Source: Octopus vulgaris (taxonomy: Eukaryota). From it: 64,000 nucleotides of DNA. The notes under the pieces are model-generated. The model saw only the letters and a program-made list of their open reading frames with translations, searched no databases and was not told the origin of the DNA. Within the stretch, counting starts at the first letter, position 1. Each line of letters starts with the position of its first letter. A program made the position numbers and the translations under genes. Below are positions 55,419-64,000 of this stretch, in pieces. The stretch is taken from contig OX597815.1 in the NCBI GenBank assembly GCA_951406725.2, forward strand, positions 43,586,001 to 43,650,000, written 5' to 3'.

Positions 55419-55768
55419 CAGTGATTCTCACTGGAGTCCATATGGCTCCTGAAGGTCTACATAAGATTTTGGTGGGGACCCACACAATAAAATAGTATTT
55501 TAGAGATCCATAATAGTATTTTAAGGGTCCCTGAAAATTTTTACTTCAAATGTATGTATTAGTATATATTGCAAGAAACCCCTATGTTTCTTTCTCTAAC
55601 ATTCTGCATAGTTCAAACCACACAAGTTAATGTGTGAAAAAATAAAATAAGAATTTTGAAGGAAATTTCTGTAATATTAGTTTTAAAACATCGAAAGACT
55701 ATGGGGGTCTACCTGAATCAAATAGTACTCAAAGGGGTCCATAGATAAAAAATGGTTGAGAGACCCTG
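55419..55768. mobile_element. hAT-type MITE, 350 bp
   Basis: Termini CAGTGATTCTCA / TTGAGAGACCCTG; 8-bp flanks GTCTGGAA / GTCCAGAT resemble the NTCTAGAN target. Confidence 0.8.
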
Positions 55769-56675
55769 GTCCAGATCCGTGTTCCTCAGCTATCTTTCAT
55801 CTATGGAACCCTTTGATTCCCATTTTAATTGGCTGGACCTTTCTACTTATTTGAAGTTTTAAAAAGATCCATTATATTTTTATAATTAAATATTATTAGG
55901 AATTATATGAAAAAAAAATGTTAAAACATATTGTGTATTGTAGAAAAATAACCAATTTTTTGGAGATGAATTTTTAATAACAAAATCCGATATTGATCTC
56001 CAAACGCCATATGGAACCCAGATTGGGAACCACAAGTCAAGATTCTCTTTTACTGAAAAAATAATATATATAAAGAAAGAAGAATTGAAAAAAAAGAAGA
56101 GAAAGAAAGACGGAAGTGAGCTGACTCTGATTTGGATAGTGTTAAACACTTTTCCCGCCGAAACAAATAGATGCGGATATTTACATCTTTCAAAACATCT
56201 GTCTTCTACTATGATATAACTATAACGCAGTTTTACTGCTAAAACAACTACTAGCTATAATAGAGTGCTCGACAAAATCCTGCAATGTTCTGATGAAAAA
56301 TAAGCGATATTAAAGTAATTTGGAGTAAGTATAAAATGAGAGTCAGAGTAGACATCACGGGATAGTAGCAGTTAATGGACAAAATAGTTCTAAAAAGTTC
56401 TGATAATTCTAAATCACTATAAAGAGTGAATCTGATGTGTTCATTGTAGCACTTATAATAAACGGCAGTCTAGGATAAGACTTTTTACAAAATTAGAATC
56501 TCTTCTGAGATTAAATATTTTCTTATCAAAGTTTGTCAGTCTGGGTTTTTAAAAATTCCTTAGTCAGCATGGAAGGGTGGAAATTTGGCGTTTATCCAAT
56601 TTGTAGTGGCATCATATAATTTTATTTTGTTATTGCCATATTTCTGATGGAAGATTCTGTTTGTTTCACTTAATC

Positions 56676-56748
<73 letters not shown>

Positions 56749-56788
56749 AAGAAGAAAGAAAAAGAAGAAGAAGAAGAAGAAGAAGAAG

Positions 56789-56844
<56 letters not shown>

Positions 56845-56846
<2 letters not shown>

Positions 56847-57389
56847 GTTATGCCAACATTATGGAATAACAACAGAAAAAAGATGGTATAGGCACACACC
56901 AGAAAAGGTCACAGAAAACGAGAAAGCAACCATACTCTGGGATATGCCGATACACACAGATAGAGAAATTAAGGCCAACAGACCAGATATAGTTGTCAGA
57001 GATCATGAAGAAAAAAATGCTTTCTAATTGATGTATCAATACCGGCAGATGACAACGTGTCTCTAAAAGAAATGGAGAAACTCTCAAAATACAAAGACCT
57101 GGAAATAGAGGTAACTAGAATGTAGAATCTGAAAACAGAAACAATTCCTATCATTGTAGGTGCATTAGGCATGATAAAAAAAATTCAGACAAATACATAA
57201 CAAAAACACCAGGACTTACAAACACATATAACATACAGAAAATTGCACTACTAGGCACTGCACACATCCTACGCAGAACACTTTCCATACAATAACCATC
57301 AGAGCATCACAACAAATCACAGCACATACCCAAGGCACACAGAGCTGCGCTCGGTAGTGAAGTGAAAGCACGCTATAAAAATAAAACTA

Positions 57390-57392
<3 letters not shown>
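56845..57392 (+). pseudogene. 3' end of a Dong/R4-like non-LTR retrotransposon (RLE domain plus 3' UTR)
   Basis: LCQHYGITTEKRWYRHTPEKVTENEKATILWDMPIHTDREIKANRPDIVV..FLIDVSIP..KYKDLEIEV..IPIIVGALG..QKIALLGTAHILRRTL; one premature TAG and one frameshift; (AAT)n on both sides. Confidence 0.92.
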
Positions 57393-57454
<62 letters not shown>

Positions 57455-57620
57455 TAATAATAATAATAATAATGATAATAATAAATAATAATAATAATGA
57501 TAATAATAATAAATAATAATAATAATGATAATAATGATAATAATGATAATGATAAATAATAGTAATAATAATGATAATAATAAATAATAATAATAATGAT
57601 AATAATAATAATAATAATAA
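57393..57620. repeat. Degenerate (AAT)n
   Basis: Directly visible. Confidence 0.95.
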
Positions 57621-57624
57621 GACA

Positions 57625-58005
57625 GTGACTCTCATGGCTTCTGATCTTAACTGATTGGAAGTGTTATGTACATTGCTTTGTCTTGGTATAAAAGATGAGC
57701 TATAGCAGATATTCTGCTCAATACCACAGATTTGTTTGTCAGTTGTTTGACCTTAACTAGTTGAGTATATCCCTTAGTGGCTGACGATATGTGCATCTCT
57801 GATCACGAGCATAAGTGGTGGGGGAGCATTATCGCCATGTGTTGAGAGTAACTCAAGTTTGAATAATTCACCTCTGGAAACATGGATGTTTTGTTCATCA
57901 TCCTTAAACCTTATTGGGGGAACGTTTTAGCGGGAGGGGCTACTCAACCTGAAGAAAATTCTAACTGGGCCCCGTCTGCAAGGTATTGCACTGTTTAGCT
58001 TGATA
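57625..58005. mobile_element. Unclassified dispersed repeat (second partial copy at about 59915-60055)
   Basis: CCCTTAGTGG..ATATGTGCATCTCT..CCATGTGTTGAGA is shared by both loci. Confidence 0.65.
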
Positions 58006-58029
58006 ACAGAGATAACATCTGGCTAATAA

Positions 58030-58782
58030 TCCCCTTCACGATGTAACTAAAAACCAATATAGTTAAATCTATAATGAAACTTATATGTAAACACTTCAAT
58101 ATGAATACAAAATACCCAGAGATCTTTAGCAATAAAATTAGAGTAGACCACAACATAACTAGCAACGTAGCTACTATTATAGCCTATATCAAAAATAAAT
58201 AGCCAGACGCCTTCTATGAAACTAGAAAGAATAACAATAAAGAGCACAACAACCAATCGATTGATATAATAAATGATCCCCCAAATAACGCGCCCTCTAA
58301 AAATTCGGACAACCACCTTATAAATGATAATCCCCCCCCCCACCATATCATAGGCACAGATAATCTTACTAATCTATGTGGTAGCAGAGATAAAATTCTT
58401 GTGAATTCTTGAATATATGTAAAGCTAAAAACATAATCTATCAATGTGATGTATTCTCGAATAATTACAAGAAAACTTATATAGGAACAACTAAAAATGA
58501 AATGAAACTTAGCTATAATTCCCATCACTCATGTTTCAGAAATAGAAATAAGGCTAACTCTACCAGATTATGTAGTTGCATCTGGGGACTGAAAGACAAT
58601 GACATTAATTATAGATTAGAATGGCGTATCCTAGCCAAAATATCTTCATATAATGTTAAAAATAATCGCTGTAAATTATGCATAAATGAGAAGTTCTTCA
58701 TTTTAATGGCCAAATCAGAATTACTTAATAAACGAGACGGGAAATAAATACGTTTACATAAAGAACAATTCTTATTCTTTAT
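58030..58782 (+). pseudogene. Penelope-like linker plus GIY-YIG fragment (third lineage)
   Basis: KTNIVKSIMKLICKHF, NIIYQCDV, KTYIGTT, STRLCSCIWGLKD, EWRILAK, RCKLCINEKFFIL, LLNKR. Confidence 0.88.
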
Positions 58783-59179
58783 ATACCGCTAATACCTACA
58801 TTACAGCTAACCTGCCTAACATCTGATTACTTTCCCTAACCCTCCCCTTACCATAGAACATAATTTACATCACATCACAATTAAATTAAATTGAATTACC
58901 CCGATTAACTGAATTATCTATCTTAAATCTACCATGTACACCAGGACATATAATTCTTTATAATATATTCATATATGCATATGTGTGTATCTTGTATCTC
59001 AACCGCCACATCGCTTGGCAACTTGTGTTGATTTACGTCCCCATAACTTAGCGGTTCGGTAAATGTTACTCAGTGGAATAAGTACCAGACTTTATAAATA
59101 AGTACTGAAGTCGATTTGTTTTTCTCAAACATTTCAAGGTTCCAAAGACTGAATCTAATAACAAATAGAAGATATTCGT

Positions 59180-59390
59180 TTCTACTCTAGACCTAAGGCC
59201 CGAAATTTTGGGGGAGGGGTCTAGTCGGTTAGATCGACCCCAGTAAGCAGCTGGTACGTAATTTATCGACCCCGAAAGGATGAAAGGCAAAATCGACCTC
59301 GGGGGAACTTGAACTCAGAACATAAAGACAGACAAAATGCCACTAAGTATTTTGCCCGGCGTGCTAACGTTTCTACCAGCTCGCCGCCTT
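59180..59390 (-). mobile_element. SINE family A
   Basis: CCAGCTCGCCGCCTT head complement; body intact. Confidence 0.88.
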
Positions 59391-60889
59391 AACAAATAAA
59401 AGATATTAAGGTAATTTCGTGTTTTTAAGTACGAGATGTGAGTCGGAGCAGCTGTCTCAGGAGACCAGTAGTTGATGGACTGTGTACTTTAATAGAGTAC
59501 AATATACATTTAGAATGTGTGGGTAAACCACTATAATGAGTGAATCTAATGTGTTAACGGTAGCGCTTAAAATAAACAGCAGTCTGGGATAAAACTTTTT
59601 ACCAAATTAGAATCTCCTCAGAGCTGAAATATTTTCTTATCAAAGTTTGTCAGATTTACGATACAATTTGAGTATATAAAAAGTTCTTAGTCACCATGGA
59701 ACGGTGGAAATTTGGCGTTTATCCAGTTTGTAGTGGCATCTTATAGTTTATCTTAATGTTACCATATATCTGTTGGAAGAGTCTGTCTGTGTTAATAAAT
59801 TCTATAATACTAAGAACTTTCTACTATTGGCACAAGTCCCGCCCAAAGTTTTTGGAGAAAGGTTTAGTCAAGATTACAATGACCCCAGTGCTCAACTAGT
59901 ACTTATTTTATAAGATTTGCTTGTCAACTGTTTGACCGTAACCAGTTGAACATGTCCCTTAGTGGTTCACAATATGTGCATCTCTACTCGCGTGCAGGAG
60001 TAGCTGGGGAGCGTCATAACCATGTGTTGAGAATGTTTCTTTAAGGTTTGAATAAAGCAAAGTTTGAAGGAAATATTAGCCATATTTCATACTGTCTACG
60101 AGTAAGCAAACAGGAGATAACATTTGCTACCCAAGGACAAAAATTGTGTTAAACAGTGTACCCGGTGTATATATAATCCTTCCTACTATGGGTACAAGGT
60201 CCGAAATGTTGATGGGAGAGGGAAGTAGTCAATTACATCGACATTAGTACACAGCTGCTACTTATTTCATCGACTCCAACCAACTTGCAGAGTACAATAG
60301 TTAAATACAATAGAAATAAACTTTAGGATTTTTTCCCATGCGGTCTGTTGGTTGGAGACCTCTGCTCTAAAGAAAATCTGGGCAGTGTGTGTGTGTGTAT
60401 GTGTGTGTGCATGTGTGTGCGTGTGTTATTCAAAGGGTTGAAACTATAAGGAAGAGTGAATATCGAAGAATTGTATGTGGTGGGACCAGTTAAAGTAGAA
60501 AGAAAAGTACGACTGTCGAGAGAGTGAGAAACAGAGGAATCTGAGTAAGTGGAGCGTATATAGTATGGAAGCTTGCTAGTTTAAAAGAGCAAAAGCCGTT
60601 ATAACAGCGGTATAAGAAACAGAGTGGAGATATAACATTTTTGTGCGCCTGGAATTGTAACGTGTTTGGGAATGAGTCTTACTTTACCAATCAGCTGATA
60701 ATGATGATGATGATGATGAATATGATGATGATAACGACAACAACGACACCGTTGATGTGGGTGGTAACGATGATGGTAACGACGACGACGACGATGAAGA
60801 GATAGAGGTGTTAGGAATAGATGGCGAGCAGGGAAGGCAAGCGTAGGAAGAATAAGGGGAAGAAAACATGAAGAGAAATCGTTGGAACA

Positions 60890-61590
60890 CCGTTACAGTA
60901 TTGCTTTCAAATTTTGGCACAATGCCAGCAATTTCAGGGAAAGGGCAAGTCCATTACATCGAGTGCTCAGTTGGTATTTATATTATCTACCCCGAAAAGA
61001 TGAACAACAAAGTCGATCTCAGTGGAATTTGAACTCAGAACGTAGCGGCAGTCGAAATACCTATTTTTTTACTACCCACAAGGGGCTAAACACAGAGAGG
61101 AAAAACAAGGGCAGACAAACGGATTAAGCCGATTATATCGACTCCAGTGCGTAACTGGTACTTATTTAATCGATTTCGAAAGGATGAAAAGCAAAGTCGA
61201 CTGCGGTGGAATTTGAACTCAGAACGTAACGGCAGACGAAATACTTATTTCTTTACTACCCACAAGGGGCTAAACACAGAGAGGACAAACAAGTTAAGTT
61301 AATTTTTTGGCTCAAAAAGCAAAAAGCAAGGCCATGTAGGGGGACATGGAGTTATGTACAGGGAGGGTGTTCATGCAAAGAGTTCAGGCCATTTCTGGTC
61401 AAGAGAGACTTTGAACCGAGCGGTCGTCGGCATCTTCACTATCTCGTCCGCAGCAAACGGATTAAGTCGATTATATCGACCTCAGTGCGTAAATGGTACT
61501 TATTTAATCGACCCCGAAAGGAAAGGCAAAGTCGACCTCGGCGGAATTTGAACTCAGAGCGTAGCGGCAGACGAAATACCGCTCAGCACC
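60890..61590 (-). mobile_element. Family A SINE multimer (three units)
   Basis: Junction GAAATAC at 61060 and 61244 (184-bp period). Confidence 0.88.
61291..61453 (-). mobile_element. 3' terminal fragment of a CR1/L2-like LINE inserted in the SINE
   Basis: Minus: DEIVKMPTTARFKVSLDQKWPELFA*, then a short UTR ending TTAACTTAACTT. Confidence 0.6.
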
Positions 61591-61708
61591 TTTATTAGCC
61601 TGTTACATTATTAATAGCTGGTTTGTACGAGTGGAAACTACGAGTGGGCAGTGTTGTTCTTTGAAGAAGATAATGATGGATAAGTAGAGAGGAAACCGCA
61701 AACCTTAA

Positions 61709-61710
<2 letters not shown>

Positions 61711-61743
<33 letters not shown>

Positions 61744-62010
61744 TAGTGATGGTAGTAGTTGTTGTAATCTTAGGGTAGGAGTAGTAGTAGTGATGATGGT
61801 GGTAGTAGTAGTAGTAGTAGTAGTATAGTGATGGTAGTAGTTGTTGTAATCTTAGGGTAGGAGTAGTAGTAGTGATGATGGTGGTAGTAGTAGTATAGTG
61901 ATGGTAGTAGTTGTTGTAATCTTAGGGTAGGAGTAGTAGTAGTGATGATGGTGGTGGTAGTAGTTGTTGTAATCTTGGGGTAGGAGTAGTAGTAGTAGTA
62001 GTAGTGATGA

Positions 62011-62052
<42 letters not shown>

Positions 62053-62075
62053 CAGTGATGGTGATAGTAGTAGCA
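61711..62075. repeat. Minisatellite built on (GTA)n
   Basis: Core TATAGTGATGGTAGTAGTTGTTGTAATCTTAGGGTAGGA at 61742, 61824 and 61894; partial at about 61957. Confidence 0.9.
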
Positions 62076-62687
62076 GTTGTAGGTACTTGCATTGCTGTTG
62101 ATGATGCTTGTTGTGTATAAAGGTGCTGGTCTTGTTACTGGTGAGGGAATAGGAGGAGGTTGTGGGGGAGGCGAAGGAGGGGGGATTGTGGTATAAGGAA
62201 GGGTAACTGATTGTTCTGTTTTGCTCTAGGCTGAGTTTGGTAATAGGATCTATGCCAATTACATACAAGAATTACACAAAAGTCAGTCAGCATTGATGAT
62301 ACGTTCCGTTTTATACCTGGTAGGAAGGAGGGAGGCCTTATTACTAGAGAGAGAGAGAGAGAAAGAAAGAGAGAGACAGAGAGTGAGAGAGAGAGAGGAG
62401 AGAGGTAAAAATACATCTGGACTTTGTCTACGTTTGTATATGTGTATGTATGTATAGTACTGAGTAGGGGTAAATTTGAGAAATACGAAGGAGATAAAAC
62501 GAGAAAGAGAGAGAGGAGGAAGAAACAGAGAGAGTGAGAGGGGGGTGGGAAAGAGAAAGAGAGAAAGAAGGAAAGGAAGATTGATCCAATCCTTACGAGA
62601 AATAAAGAAAAAATAATTTCTTCAACTAGACGGAAAGCTGACAGAAAAATTACCTTCCGAACCAGGTGTGTGTGTGTGTGCGTGTGT

Positions 62688-62728
<41 letters not shown>

Positions 62729-63483
62729 TATGTGTGCGTGTGTTTGCGTGTGTGTGTATATGCATCTGCGTGTAAATGTGTATAATATATATATACTTGT
62801 GTGCTTTGCGTGCATGTGAGTATGTATTAAATATGTGTGTGTGGTGTATGTGTGCGCGCGTGTGTGTGCATGTATGTGTATGTGTCTACGTGTGATTGTG
62901 TGTACTATGTGTTTTGTGTGCATGTGAGTGTGTCTTAAATATGTGTGCGCGCGTGTGGTGTGTGTGCGTGTACATGTGTGTGAGTCTGCGTGTGAGTGTG
63001 TGTGATATATATATATATGTGTGCTTGTGTGTGAGTGTGTATAATGTATGTGTGTGCATGTGTGTGAGTGTGTATAATATGTGTATGTGATGTGTGTATG
63101 TGTGTGTGTGTGTGTGTGTGTACCATTATGTTGTATTAAGCAGATGCGTATACACTCATCTGTGAAATTATGTACACTATTTTTTTTTTTAAAGGAGGTG
63201 TTTACGCGATCGCTCGACCTGATAGCAGCCAGATATCTTTCAAATCACACCCTGCCGTCTTTAAAAATAGTGACACATTTTATAGTGTAGTACTAGTTAT
63301 ATTATATCTAAGAAAATTGAAAGGGGCTCGAAAGATCATAAGATGATCATAAATCTACTCTATCAAGGATGACTAATAGCCATGGACGGATCATCAAAGA
63401 TAATCGAAAGCAAGGGATGGATTGAAATCACTACAGAAAGAAGGCTGACTTGATGCAACATGAGCTGATAGGAGAGGCTAAAA

Positions 63484-63824
63484 CAGGGGTCGTCGACCAT
63501 TTTTTAAAATTTCTGGCCCCCTATGGTTACTATTTTATTCTGGTGGATCCCAATAGCCATTCGATGTTTACAAACTAGTTTTGTAGAAACTTCTTTCAAA
63601 ATACCTATTTTGCTTTTCACACATTGACTTGCATAGGTTAAACTATGTAAAGTGTCATAGAAAGGAATCTAGCTATTTCTTCTAATACAGACAAATACTT
63701 ACTTTTAAACAAAATTTATTCAGCGGCCCTTAAAATACTATTGTGGATACCCAATTTACTATCTTGTTGTATGGGTCCCCAAATGCCCCTTAGAGACCAT
63801 ATGGACTCCAGTTGAAAACCACTG
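63484..63824. mobile_element. hAT-type MITE
   Basis: CAGGGGTCGTCGACC ... GTTGAAAACCACTG flanked by GGCTAAAA / GTCTAAAA (8-bp TSD, one mismatch). Confidence 0.82.
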
Positions 63825-64000
63825 GTCTAAAAGAAATGAGGCGATAATCCCTACCCAGAAGATGCGAAAGGTATGCAGCGATTTATTTACGGAAGATCAA
63901 CGAACTGAAGGCAGCTGTATAGAATCAAATATCCCATCCTAAGCATTTAGAGTAAAGACCCAGTACTATAAGAGCTAACAGCTTAGGTTTCAAGGGTTCA

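Noticed and set aside
57925-57990. HDV-like L3 (TAG-CCCTCCCG-CTA) on the minus strand
   Set aside because: No P1, P1.1 GG or P2 could be fitted.

Overview
Eukaryotic, AT-rich, microsatellite-saturated DNA. I found no convincing host protein-coding gene. Nearly all ORFs in the track are translations of (TA)n, (CA)n, (TACA)n, (TATC)n, (GA)n or (GAA)n. The repeat repertoire looks like coleoid cephalopod DNA, most likely Octopus (inference from remembered SINE sequences, not a database hit). Mobile content: three tRNA-derived SINE families (dozens of copies), three unrelated Penelope-like (PLE) RT/GIY-YIG relics, RTE-, HERO-, CR1- and Dong/R4-like LINE fragments, a deleted mariner, a mariner MITE, hAT-type MITEs and non-autonomous Helitrons. 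The main hidden signal is a dense set of type I hammerhead ribozyme (HHR) motifs from at least six sequence-unrelated families: 14054-14090, 19116-19167/19294-19343, 19664-19752 (split), 23063-23126, 29720-29764/29795-29841 and 31830-31890/32155-32215, plus remnants. Most have very short, self-complementary stem III. Most sit at the inner ends or core of non-coding fold-back elements (0.17-1 kb) that look built by template switching. One is mounted on a 134-nt strand-specific RNA rod with a kink-turn-like loop. All structures were folded by eye and activity is untested. SINE and LINE boundaries are approximate.
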